Shown here: piece by piece, positions 46,004 through 55,469 of the stretch
Numbering within the stretch: the stretch's first letter is position 1
Layout: each line of letters begins with the position of its first letter
NCBI GenBank assembly: GCA_963678065.2
Contig: CAXXVZ010000005.1
Coordinates: 256,001-320,000, forward strand
Direction: 5' to 3'
Length of the DNA stretch: 64,000 nt
Origin: Treponemataceae bacterium
Lineage (GTDB): Bacteria; Spirochaetota; Spirochaetia; Treponematales; Rectinemataceae
Made by a program: the position numbers and the translations under genes
Notes under the pieces: model-generated
What the model was told of the DNA's origin: nothing
Seen by the model: the letters and a program-made list of their open reading frames with translations, nothing else
The model's database searches: none

Positions 46004-46993
46004 ATGGCACGACCAGTCACGATTTTTTCAGGCCAGTGGGCCGACCTGAGCTTCGAGGATTTCTGCAAGAAAGCCGCCGGCTTCGGCTACGAGGGCATCG
46101 AGATCGCTTGCTGGGGCGACCACATGGATGTGAAGCGCGCCGCGACCGACCCGGCCTATGTGGCGGAGCGCAAGGCCATCCTCGCGAAGCACGGCCTCAA
46201 ATGCTGGGCGCTCGGAGCCCACCTCGCGGGCCAGTGCGTCGGCGATCTCTGGGACCCGCGTCTCGACGGCTTCGCGCCCGCCGACTGCAAAGGCAATCCG
46301 GCCAAAATCCGCGAGTGGGCCATACAGGAGATGAAGTACACGGCCCGCGCCGCGGCCAACATGGGCGTTTCGGTGGTCACCGGCTTCCTCGGCTCCGGAG
46401 TCTGGAAATACTGGTACTCCTTCCCCCAGACCTCGGAGGAGATGATCGACGCGGCCTTCCGCGAGATCGTCGAGCTGTGGAGTCCCATATTCGACGAGTT
46501 CGACGCCTGCGGCGTCAAGTTCGGCCTCGAAGTCCACCCCACGGAAATCGCCTTCGACTACTACACGGCAGAGCGCCTTTTCAAGGAATTCGCGCGCCGC
46601 CCGACCCTCGGCCTCAACTTCGACCCCTCCCACCTTCAGTGGCAGGGCATGGAGCCCCACCTCTTCATCCGCGACTTCTCTGACCGCATCTACCACGTCC
46701 ACATGAAGGATGTCGCGGTGACGCTGGACGGCAGGTCGGGCATCCTCGGCTCGCACATCACCTTCGGCGACACGCGCCGCGGCTGGAACTTCCGCTCCCT
46801 CGGACACGGGGACGTCGACTTCGAGGCCATCATCCGCGAGCTGAACGCCATCGGCTATAAAGGGCCGCTCTCCGTCGAGTGGGAGGATTCCGGAATGGAC
46901 CGCGATTTCGGCGCCGCCGAAGCCTGCGATTTCGTGAAGAACATCAACTTCTCACCGTCGAACCTCGCCTTCGACGAGGCCCTCAAGAAATGA
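46004..46993 (+). CDS. Sugar phosphate isomerase/epimerase (xylose isomerase-like TIM barrel)
   Basis: GQWADL, LEVHP, NFDPSH, HVHMKD, SVEWED metal ligands. Confidence 0.88.
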   Translation: MARPVTIFSGQWADLSFEDFCKKAAGFGYEGIEIACWGDHMDVKRAATDPAYVAERKAILAKHGLKCWALGAHLAGQCVGDLWDPRLDGFAPADCKGNPAKIREWAIQEMKYTARAAANMGVSVVTGFLGSGVWKYWYSFPQTSEEMIDAAFREIVELWSPIFDEFDACGVKFGLEVHPTEIAFDYYTAERLFKEFARRPTLGLNFDPSHLQWQGMEPHLFIRDFSDRIYHVHMKDVAVTLDGRSGILGSHITFGDTRRGWNFRSLGHGDVDFEAIIRELNAIGYKGPLSVEWEDSGMDRDFGAAEACDFVKNINFSPSNLAFDEALKK

Positions 46994-48486
46994 ACGAAAT
47001 CCTTGTACAGACCCGCGGCATAACCAAGGAGTTTTCCTCCGTGCGCGTCCTCGACAACATATCGATCGGGATCCGCGTGGGGGAGATACTCGGCCTCATC
47101 GGAGAAAACGGTGCCGGCAAGTCGACCTTCATCAAGATCCTGTCCGGAATTTACACGCCCACTTCGGGCGAGATCGATTTCGAGGGACGGAAGACCGAGA
47201 TCAGGGACGCGAAGGACGCCAAGCGCATGGGCGTCAGTCTCATCCCGCAGGAGTTCAACCTCGTCGAGACCCTGAACGTCTACGAGAACATTTTCCTGGG
47301 CGACGAGCTTCGTCGCCCGAGCGGCCTTCTCGACAGAGCCGGCATGATAGCGAAGACGAAGGAGCTCCTGGACGGCCTCGACGCAGGCGTCGATCCCGAG
47401 GCGAGCATCCGGAGCCTCTCGGTCGCGCAGAAACAGATGGTGGAGATCGCCAAGGCCGTCAAGGTCGACGCGCGCCTCCTCATCCTGGACGAGCCCACGA
47501 CCGTGCTCACCATGCACGAGATCGAGATTCTCTTCCGTCTCATGACGCGCCTCAAGGAAAAGGGCGTCACGATGATCTACATCTCGCACAAGCTCAAGGA
47601 AGTCAAGAAAATCTGCGACCGCGTCATGGTCCTCCGGGACGGGGAGTTCATCTGCCTCGAAGAGACCGGCGCCCTCGACATAAGCGAGATGGCGCGCAGA
47701 ATGGTCGGCCGTGAGCTCAACCAGATATTCCCGCCCAAAGTCGCGCCCCGTCCCGAGGTCGCTCTCAAGGTCCAGGGACTGACAGTTCCCGGAGTGATCG
47801 AGAGTGTGGGTTTTGAACTGCACGCAGGCGAGATACTCGGATTTTCGGGGCTGATCGGCGCCGGACGGACGGAAGTGGCCGAGACGATCATGGGCATCAG
47901 GAAGGCCGCCGCGGGCGGCATCTCGATGAATGGAAAACCGGTGACCCTCCGCAAACCCGCCGATGCGGTGAATGCGGGAATAGCCTATCTCTCCGAAGAC
48001 AGACAGGGCACGGGCGTCCTGACCTCTTTCGCCGTCCGGAAAAACGTCACACTCGTCTCGCTGCGCAACTACGCGAAGCCTCTCATCGACGCGAAAAAAG
48101 AGCTTGAGAAGACCAGGTATTATGTCGGGCAGTTCGAGATAAAGGCGCCCTCCCCCGACGCGCGGCTCGAGACCCTGTCCGGCGGGAACCAGCAGAAGGT
48201 ATCGCTCGCGAAGAGCCTGGACACCGCGCCGCGCGTCATAATCGTGGATGAGCCGACGCGGGGCGTCGACGTCAAGGCGAAGCGCGACATCTACGCCTAT
48301 ATCAACCGGCTTGCCTCCGAAGGCATCGCCGTCATGTTCATCTCGAGCGAGCTCGAGGAGATCATCGGCATGTGCGGCCGCGTACTCGTCATGAAGGAAG
48401 GCCGCATCGTCGGCGAGGTCGAGGGCGGGCGCATCAACGAAGAAGAGATCATGTTCTACGCGACAGGCATCAAGGGAGGCCTTTGA
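46990..48486 (+). CDS. Sugar ABC transporter ATP-binding protein (CUT2, RbsA-like)
   Basis: GENGAGKST, LDEPT, LSGGNQQK, second DEPT. Confidence 0.93.
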   Translation: MNEILVQTRGITKEFSSVRVLDNISIGIRVGEILGLIGENGAGKSTFIKILSGIYTPTSGEIDFEGRKTEIRDAKDAKRMGVSLIPQEFNLVETLNVYENIFLGDELRRPSGLLDRAGMIAKTKELLDGLDAGVDPEASIRSLSVAQKQMVEIAKAVKVDARLLILDEPTTVLTMHEIEILFRLMTRLKEKGVTMIYISHKLKEVKKICDRVMVLRDGEFICLEETGALDISEMARRMVGRELNQIFPPKVAPRPEVALKVQGLTVPGVIESVGFELHAGEILGFSGLIGAGRTEVAETIMGIRKAAAGGISMNGKPVTLRKPADAVNAGIAYLSEDRQGTGVLTSFAVRKNVTLVSLRNYAKPLIDAKKELEKTRYYVGQFEIKAPSPDARLETLSGGNQQKVSLAKSLDTAPRVIIVDEPTRGVDVKAKRDIYAYINRLASEGIAVMFISSELEEIIGMCGRVLVMKEGRIVGEVEGGRINEEEIMFYATGIKGGL

Positions 48487-48487
48487 G

Positions 48488-49456
48488 ATGAAAGTCATGT
48501 TTCCAAAAATCATAAAGGCCGAGAACGCGCTGTCACTTATGGCCCTCGTCGTGCTGTTCGTCATATCCTCGATCGCGAGTCCCTATTTCCTCCAGGTGCA
48601 GAACCTGCTCAACATAATGAAACAGGTTTCCTACTCCGGCATCATCGGCCTCGGCATGGCCTTCATCATCATCGCGGGAGGAATCGACCTTTCGGTCGGC
48701 TCCATGACCGCCTTCATCGGCGCGATCGCCATCCTCATCGTCAACGCGCTGGGCGGCGGAGCCGGCGCCATCGCAGTAGCATGGGCCGCCGCCCTGGCCC
48801 TCGGCGCGGCGGGCGGACTCTTCAACGGCTTCATAGTCACGAAGGGCCGCGTGGCGCCTTTCATCGTGACGCTCGGCACGATGGCCATTTTCCGTTCGCT
48901 CACCCTCTACATCGGGCACGGCGGCCAGTTCGTCTCGCAGAGCCCCCTGTACGGCAACATGGGCATGAGTTCGATTCTCGGCGTTCCGACCGCGGTATGG
49001 ATCTTCATAATACTGGCATTCCTCCTCTCGGGCCTCCTGAACCGCACCCGCTTCGGACGCTACGCCTGCGCCGTCGGCTCGAACGAGCGGGTGGCCAAAT
49101 ACGCCGCGATAAACGTCGACATGATACGGCTGGGTTCCTACGTGCTCACCGGAATCATGGTGGCCGTCACCGGCGTCCTTCTGTCGAGCCGGATGAATTC
49201 GGTCAACTCTTCCAATTCCGCCGTCAACTTCGAGATGGACGCCATCGCGGCTGTCGTCATCGGGGGGACACCGATGACGGGCGGCCGCGGGACGATCTGG
49301 GGGGTGGTCATCGGCGCGATCATCCTCGGCATGATCAACAACATGCTCAATATGCTCTCCGTGAGCGCCTACCTGCAGGGAACCGTGAAGGGCCTCGTCA
49401 TCATCGCGGCCGTCTTCATCCAGAGGGGCCAGTCGCCGAAGGGCGGGAGAGCCTGA
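48488..49456 (+). CDS. Sugar ABC permease (RbsC-like)
   Basis: GGIDLSVGS, PFIVTLG, DAIAAVVIGGT. Confidence 0.93.
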   Translation: MKVMFPKIIKAENALSLMALVVLFVISSIASPYFLQVQNLLNIMKQVSYSGIIGLGMAFIIIAGGIDLSVGSMTAFIGAIAILIVNALGGGAGAIAVAWAAALALGAAGGLFNGFIVTKGRVAPFIVTLGTMAIFRSLTLYIGHGGQFVSQSPLYGNMGMSSILGVPTAVWIFIILAFLLSGLLNRTRFGRYACAVGSNERVAKYAAINVDMIRLGSYVLTGIMVAVTGVLLSSRMNSVNSSNSAVNFEMDAIAAVVIGGTPMTGGRGTIWGVVIGAIILGMINNMLNMLSVSAYLQGTVKGLVIIAAVFIQRGQSPKGGRA

Positions 49457-49577
49457 TCGCCCACGTCATGGAGCCGGTCATCCGGCACAGGTGAATACGC
49501 CCGGAGCGCGCGGGCCGTCGGCTTGGCGCGCACGAGGCTTTTTCGCGATTTCGGATATCGTTTTAGAGGAGGCAGAA

Positions 49578-50543
49578 ATGAAGAAGGTATTGTTCATCAT
49601 GTTGGCGGCCCTCGTACTCATCGCCATGCCGGCGATGGCCCAGAAGGTAAAGATCGGTATCTCGATCCCGAGCGCCGACCACGGCTGGACCGGCGGTGTC
49701 GTGTACTATTCGCAGCAGGCCATCAAGGACATCACCGCGAAAGACAAGAACGTCGAGTTCACCTTGAGCCTCGCGGACTCGCCGCAGAAGCAGGTTTCCG
49801 ACGTCGAGGACCTCATGGTCAAGGGAATGAACGCGATCGTCGTCCTCGCATACGATTCAGCGACCGTCACCCCCGCGATCAAGAAAGCCAAGGAGAAGGG
49901 CATCTACATCGTATCCGTCGACCGCGGCCTCACCGAGCAGGTGCAGGACGTCTACATCGCCGGCGACAATCCCGGCCTCGGCCAGGTTTCCGCCGAATAC
50001 ATGGGCAAAGCCATGGGCGGCAAGGGCAAGATGGTCATCCTCGAAGGCATCCCCTGCGTCATCAATTCAGAGCGCGTGGACACCTTCCGGGACGTCATGA
50101 AGGCCAAGTTCCCCGGCATCGAGATCCTCGATTCCCAGCCTGCCGACTGGAGCGCCCAGAAAGGCCTCGAAGTCATGCAGACCTATCTCCAGAAATACAA
50201 GCAGATCGACGCCGTGTGGGCGCAGGACGACGACATCCTCATCGGCGTTCTCCAGGCCTACAAGGAGTCCGGCCGCAAGGACGTCAAGCTCATGCTCGGC
50301 GGCGCCGGATCCAAAGAGATGATCAAGACCGTCATGGACGGATCGAACCCTATGATCCCGGTCGATGTCACCTACCACCCCTCCATGGTCTACCCGGCCA
50401 TCCACCTCGCCCTCCTCGGAGTGCGCGGCCAGAACCTCCCCGGTTTCATCTCCCAGAAGATCCCCTCCAAGATCATCATCGCGTCCGAACTCATCACGAA
50501 GGAAAACGCGAAGAAGTACTACGATCCCAAGTCCATGTTCTGA
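49578..50543 (+). CDS. Sugar ABC substrate-binding protein
   Basis: Signal peptide; ADHGWT, VDR, GDN, QDD periplasmic-binding-protein type I pattern. Confidence 0.9.
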   Translation: MKKVLFIMLAALVLIAMPAMAQKVKIGISIPSADHGWTGGVVYYSQQAIKDITAKDKNVEFTLSLADSPQKQVSDVEDLMVKGMNAIVVLAYDSATVTPAIKKAKEKGIYIVSVDRGLTEQVQDVYIAGDNPGLGQVSAEYMGKAMGGKGKMVILEGIPCVINSERVDTFRDVMKAKFPGIEILDSQPADWSAQKGLEVMQTYLQKYKQIDAVWAQDDDILIGVLQAYKESGRKDVKLMLGGAGSKEMIKTVMDGSNPMIPVDVTYHPSMVYPAIHLALLGVRGQNLPGFISQKIPSKIIIASELITKENAKKYYDPKSMF

Positions 50544-50559
50544 TCCGCAGCATTTCAGT

Positions 50560-50592
50560 GCGGGACGCCCCTTTAGGGCGTCCCGCCTTTTT
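50560..50592 (+). terminator. Rho-independent terminator
   Basis: GCGGGACGCCC-CTTTA-GGGCGTCCCGC followed by a T-run. Confidence 0.85.
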
Positions 50593-50612
50593 TCCGGCAG
50601 AGAAAAACGAGC

Positions 50613-51530
50613 ATGAATGACCTGTCCTTCCTGAAAAGCTGGCTCCACGCGCGGAATCCCATAGGGACGACCGACAGGGAACACGAGAAACTCATAGAGG
50701 AATTCGAGCAATTCTTCGCCTACATCTTCAACAACTCGAAAGACGGCATCAGCATTCTCGATCTGGACCTGACGATCCTGGGCGCAAACACGGCCCTCGA
50801 ATCCTGGTACAGCCACAAAACGCCGGTCGTCGGAAAAAAATGCCACTCCTGCTACCACGACCGCCCTTCTCCCTGCGAGAACTGCCCTTCCCTCGTCGCC
50901 ATCCGCACGGGCCGTCCCCAGATCGGACTCGTCTCCTACGACGCTCCCGGCAGCGAGAACGGGACGCAGGAGCTCTCGGTCTTCCCCCTCTTCGACAACA
51001 ACAAGATGCTGTTCGGCGTGATCGAATACGTGCGGGACATCACGGACCTCAACGAAGAGGAGCGCATCATCGAAAATCTGAAGCGCCGGATTCAGTTTCA
51101 GGACCAGACTCTCGCCGAGCAGGAAACCGCCCTCGAGGTCCTTCTCAGGCAAGGAGACAAGGCCGAAAAACGGCTGGCGGGCGATGTCGTGAACAACATA
51201 ACCCGCCTCGTCGATCCTGTCGTCGAGAGGCTGAAGCGGAAATTCCCCGAGGCTGGAGCTTCGGAGGAGATGGCGCTGCTCGAATCGAGGCTCCGCGACA
51301 TAGCTTCTCCGCTTCTCGGGAAGCTGGAACTCGCCCGATGCGGACTGACGCGAAGGGAAGAGGAGATCGCCTGTCTCGTCCTCGAAGGGAAATCGAGCAA
51401 GGAAATTTCGGCGCTCCTGTACATCTCGGCCAAGGCCGTCGATTTCCACCGCCTCAATATCAGGAAAAAACTCCGTCTGGACAATCAGGATATCAGCCTG
51501 CGGGCTTATCTGGCCGGGGTCACGCAATGA
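50613..51530 (+). CDS. PAS-domain LuxR-type HTH regulator
   Basis: PAS with KKCHSCYH...PCENCP; LTRREEEI...SKEIS...VDFHRLNIRKKL. Confidence 0.88.
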   Translation: MNDLSFLKSWLHARNPIGTTDREHEKLIEEFEQFFAYIFNNSKDGISILDLDLTILGANTALESWYSHKTPVVGKKCHSCYHDRPSPCENCPSLVAIRTGRPQIGLVSYDAPGSENGTQELSVFPLFDNNKMLFGVIEYVRDITDLNEEERIIENLKRRIQFQDQTLAEQETALEVLLRQGDKAEKRLAGDVVNNITRLVDPVVERLKRKFPEAGASEEMALLESRLRDIASPLLGKLELARCGLTRREEEIACLVLEGKSSKEISALLYISAKAVDFHRLNIRKKLRLDNQDISLRAYLAGVTQ

Positions 51531-51547
51531 ACTTTTCCACGCGGGCT

Positions 51548-51570
51548 ATCACCGGTTTTTTGCCGGTGAT
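51548..51570. promoter_or_regulatory. Inverted repeat upstream of the flavin oxidoreductase (candidate operator)
   Basis: ATCACCGG-N7-CCGGTGAT. Confidence 0.4.
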
Positions 51571-51654
51571 GAACTCGCGCATCTCTGGTATGCCCGGAAT
51601 GACGATGCGCCCCGATACTGGGTGGACAATCCATTCCACATAGAGGAGCGTGCC

Positions 51655-52896
51655 ATGACGAGAGAAGACATCGTTTTCCAGCCGATCAAGGTGGGCCACC
51701 GCGTCGCGCCCAACAGATTCATGATCAACGCCATGGAGTGCTGCGACTCCGACGTCGAAGGGAACCCCACCGAGAAGACCTACCGCCGCTACCACAATCT
51801 CTTCGAAGGCGGAGCCGGCATCATCGACCTGGAGGCGATCACCGTCCAGTACGAGTCGAGATCGAGACAGTTCCAGCTCTCCGTGATGCCGCATAACCAG
51901 AAGGCGCTCGCCAAATTCGTCGCCGAGATGAAGAAAGTGAACGACAAGCCCCTCTTCATCTGGCAGCTGACTCATTCGGGCGAACTGAGCCACACGGGCT
52001 TCTCGCGCAAGGTCTGCGTGAAACCGCTTCCGGGATTCGGCGGCGAGGTCATCGACGAGGAATACGTCGAGAAAACCATCGAGCAGTTCGTGCTCTCGGC
52101 CAAAATCGCCCACGACTGCGGGGCCGACGGCATCGACTTCAAGAACTGCCACGGCTACCTCGACTCACAGATACTCAGGCCCTACAACGACCGGAAATGG
52201 AAGTACGGCGGCTCGTTCGAAAACCGGACGCGCTTCACCTACACGATCTACGAGCGGATCATGAAGGAGATCGGCGATCCGAACTTCATCGTCGGGTCGA
52301 AGGTATCGATATGGGAAGGCTTCCCTGGCGGCCAGGGCTCGGCGGGCCCCGACTCGCCCGTGATGGATCTCACCGAATCCCTCGCCCTCGTGAAGGGCAT
52401 GGAAGCGCGTGGCGCCTCCTTCATCATCGTGTCGGCGGGAAGCCCCTCGATCACTCTCGCCCTCTCCCAGCCCGACAGGAAGGTGCCCGACGACTGCTAC
52501 CTCCACTTCACCTTCCAGAAGGCTGTCCGCGACGTCCTCAAACCGGAAACCGTCGTGATAGGCTCGGGCTATTCGGTGCTCAACAACGGAAACAATCAAC
52601 TGCAGGCCCGCAACAAAGAAGAAAACACCCTGATGTACTGGGCCAACAAGAATATCGGCGACCATGTGACGGACATGGTCGCCATCGGAAGGCAATCCCT
52701 GGCCGACGGCCAGCTGCCGCGCAAACTCGCCGAAGGCAGGGAATCCGACATCCACTGGTGCACGGCCTGCGACAACTGCATCGAGCTTCTCATCCGTCAG
52801 AAAAACGTCGGCTGCACGACCTGGGACAGGGAGTACGGCCAGGCTCTCAAAGTCATCCGCGAACAGGAAGGCGCGCTCAAGGCGAAGCGGACCTGA
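51655..52896 (+). CDS. NADH:flavin oxidoreductase (Old Yellow Enzyme-like) with C-terminal Cys cluster
   Basis: NRFMINAME, QLTHSG, DGIDFKNCHGYL, YGGSFENRTRF, GRQ, CTACDNC...C. Confidence 0.85.
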   Translation: MTREDIVFQPIKVGHRVAPNRFMINAMECCDSDVEGNPTEKTYRRYHNLFEGGAGIIDLEAITVQYESRSRQFQLSVMPHNQKALAKFVAEMKKVNDKPLFIWQLTHSGELSHTGFSRKVCVKPLPGFGGEVIDEEYVEKTIEQFVLSAKIAHDCGADGIDFKNCHGYLDSQILRPYNDRKWKYGGSFENRTRFTYTIYERIMKEIGDPNFIVGSKVSIWEGFPGGQGSAGPDSPVMDLTESLALVKGMEARGASFIIVSAGSPSITLALSQPDRKVPDDCYLHFTFQKAVRDVLKPETVVIGSGYSVLNNGNNQLQARNKEENTLMYWANKNIGDHVTDMVAIGRQSLADGQLPRKLAEGRESDIHWCTACDNCIELLIRQKNVGCTTWDREYGQALKVIREQEGALKAKRT

Positions 52897-53001
52897 GCGA
52901 GAGCGCATAACCGAGGTCGGGAAAGTCGGTGATGACTGACCTGCGCCCGCCATGAGCCCGCCCGGGTCACGCCGCCACTATTTTCCATGGAGGTCGATAC
53001 G

Positions 53002-54420
53002 ATGGCAAAGATAGCGATGATCGGGGCGGGCAGCCTCGTGTTCTGCAAGACACTGATGGGCGATTTTCTCGCGACGCCCGCCCTGGCCGGGAGCGAGTAC
53101 GCTCTCATGGCCCTCACGCACGCGCGCCTCGACAAGATGAAGGACTTCGTGGAGCGCATGATCCGCGACAACGGCGTCGACGCGAGCGTGAGCGCGACGA
53201 CGGACCGCCGCGAAGCCCTGCGTGGAGCCGACTATGTCGTCGCCATGATACAGGTCGGCGGCGTCGAGGGCTTCAGGTACGACTACGAAATCCCCATGAA
53301 ATACGGGGTCGACAACTGTATCGGCGACACGCTGGGCCCCGGCGGCATTTTCCGGGCCCAGCGCCACATACCCGCGCTCCTGGAAATCGCGGCCGAGATG
53401 CGAGAACTCTGCCCGAACGCCATCCTCTTCAACTACGCGAACCCCATGGCCATGTGCTGCTGGGCCTTGGGCACCGTGGAAGGCCTCCAGTTCGTCGGCC
53501 TCTGCCACGGCGTCCAGACGACGATGGACCTCATCGCCTCGTACACGGGCAGGCCCAAGGACGAGATCGACTTCGTCGCGGCGGGCATCAACCACATGGC
53601 CTGGTTCCTCCGCCTCGAGCACTCCGGCGAGGATCTTTACCCGATCCTGAAAGCCAACTTCGAGAAGCCCGGATACTACGTGAACGAAAAAGTCCGGGGC
53701 GAGGTCATGCGCCACTTCGGCTATTTCATGACAGAGAGCACAGGTCACCTCTCGGAGTATCTTCCGTATTTCCGCAAGAACGCGAAGGCGCTCGCGCTCT
53801 ACTGCGACGAGCCGGCCTTCGGGGGCGAGACGGGCGCCTACTACCACTACTGCGCCATGATCGACGAGAAGTTCCGAAAGCTGGATCCGCTCTCCATCGA
53901 ATCGACGAAACTCGGAGAGCGCAGCGCGGAATACTGCTCGCACATCATCGAGGCCAAGGAGACGGGCAGAATCTTCCGCCTCAACGGAAACATCCGCAAC
54001 GACGGCTACATAACGAATCTGCCCGAGGGCGCCTGCGTCGAAGTGCCGATCTATGTCGACCGCACAGGCCTCCATCCGACCCACATCGGGGCCCTGCCCG
54101 CCCCTCTCGCGGCCCTCAACATGACGAACGTCCTCGTCCAGGGACTCTCCGTCGGGGCCGCGCTCGCGGGCGACACCGAGCTTCTGGTCCAGGCTGTCGC
54201 CATGGATCCGCTGACGGCGGCCGTCCTGACCCTTGATGAGATCCGCAGGATGACACATGATATGTTGGAAGCCCAGCGCCCCTGGCTTCCGCAGTTCGCG
54301 GGAAAAAGCGTCCGACGCGTGCCGGCCGTCTCCGTTCCGGCGGGCGTGGAGCGACAGGAGGTGCCGACCGATCCGGCCCTCGCCATCGCGAACCGCTTCG
54401 GGAAACTCGCCCGGGCTTGA
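53002..54420 (+). CDS. melA: GH4 NAD-dependent glycosidase (alpha-galactosidase-like)
   Basis: IGAGSLVF, GDTLGPGG, NYANP, GLCHGV, GINHMAW, TESTGHLSEY. Confidence 0.85.
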   Translation: MAKIAMIGAGSLVFCKTLMGDFLATPALAGSEYALMALTHARLDKMKDFVERMIRDNGVDASVSATTDRREALRGADYVVAMIQVGGVEGFRYDYEIPMKYGVDNCIGDTLGPGGIFRAQRHIPALLEIAAEMRELCPNAILFNYANPMAMCCWALGTVEGLQFVGLCHGVQTTMDLIASYTGRPKDEIDFVAAGINHMAWFLRLEHSGEDLYPILKANFEKPGYYVNEKVRGEVMRHFGYFMTESTGHLSEYLPYFRKNAKALALYCDEPAFGGETGAYYHYCAMIDEKFRKLDPLSIESTKLGERSAEYCSHIIEAKETGRIFRLNGNIRNDGYITNLPEGACVEVPIYVDRTGLHPTHIGALPAPLAALNMTNVLVQGLSVGAALAGDTELLVQAVAMDPLTAAVLTLDEIRRMTHDMLEAQRPWLPQFAGKSVRRVPAVSVPAGVERQEVPTDPALAIANRFGKLARA

Positions 54421-55469
54421 CGACGAGGAGGCCCGCCATCGAAAAAACCCGGCGAGCGGATGTGGCCAGAATGGCCGGCGTCGCGGAATCGACCGTATCG
54501 CGCGCACTCAACGACTCTTCTCTCATCACGGACCCCATCAAGGAGAAGGTCCGCCGCGCGGCGGAAGAGCTCGGCTACATCCCGTCGCGGCAGGCGGCCC
54601 TGTTCGCGCGCAACCGGACCATGGTCCTCGGCTTCGTCGTCCCCTCGTACTCCTCGTTCCCGCCCTTCTCGCGCGCCTATTTTCCGGCGCTGCTCGACGG
54701 CGTCGTCCTCGCCGCGGACAAGCTCGGATACTCGGTGACCATCATCCTCGACAAGGTCGAGCGCGGGCACAAGGGCTACCACGACCTCATCCGCTCGCGG
54801 ACCGTGGACGGTCTTCTGTTCGCAGTCACGCCGGCCGATTTCCGCTCCTTCGAGCTCCTGTCGGGGGACAAGGTCGCCTTCGTCCTCATCAACAACTACC
54901 GTAAGGGGCTGTCCAGCGTCGACGCGCGGCCCGAAAGCGGCATGCGCAAGGCCTTCTCCCACGCGACCAATCTCGGCCACGCGCACATCGGCTACATCAC
55001 GGGCGACATGGCTTTCCGCAACGCCACCGACCGGCTCGAGTGCTTCCGCAGGCTCTGCGAGGAATTCGGCACACGGGGGAAGGTCACCGAGGGCGATTTC
55101 TCCAAAACTTCAGGGTACAAGGCGATGGCCCACATCCTCGACGGCGAGGATCCGCCGACTCTCGTCATGACGAGTTCGGACCGCGAGGCCCTCGGCGTGC
55201 TGCAGTACTGCGCGGAGCACGGCATCCAGGTGCCGCGGGACTTGAGCGTGATCGGATACGACAACCTCCACCCCGCCCAGGATATCTCTCCTCCCCTGTC
55301 GACGGTACACCACCCCATCACGGATCTGGGCCGCGCGGCCACGGTGCTTCTGACAGGCATCATAGAGGGCAGGATCGCGGGGCCGGTTCAGGAATTCCTC
55401 GACACGGACTTCGTCGTGCGCGAATCGACCTCTGTGCCACGGTCGATGTCATACGGAGGCGAGCGATGA
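54417..55469 (+). CDS. LacI family transcriptional regulator
   Basis: DVARMAGVAESTVSRALN HTH; VPRDLSVIGYD; VRES. Confidence 0.93.
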   Translation: MTTRRPAIEKTRRADVARMAGVAESTVSRALNDSSLITDPIKEKVRRAAEELGYIPSRQAALFARNRTMVLGFVVPSYSSFPPFSRAYFPALLDGVVLAADKLGYSVTIILDKVERGHKGYHDLIRSRTVDGLLFAVTPADFRSFELLSGDKVAFVLINNYRKGLSSVDARPESGMRKAFSHATNLGHAHIGYITGDMAFRNATDRLECFRRLCEEFGTRGKVTEGDFSKTSGYKAMAHILDGEDPPTLVMTSSDREALGVLQYCAEHGIQVPRDLSVIGYDNLHPAQDISPPLSTVHHPITDLGRAATVLLTGIIEGRIAGPVQEFLDTDFVVRESTSVPRSMSYGGER

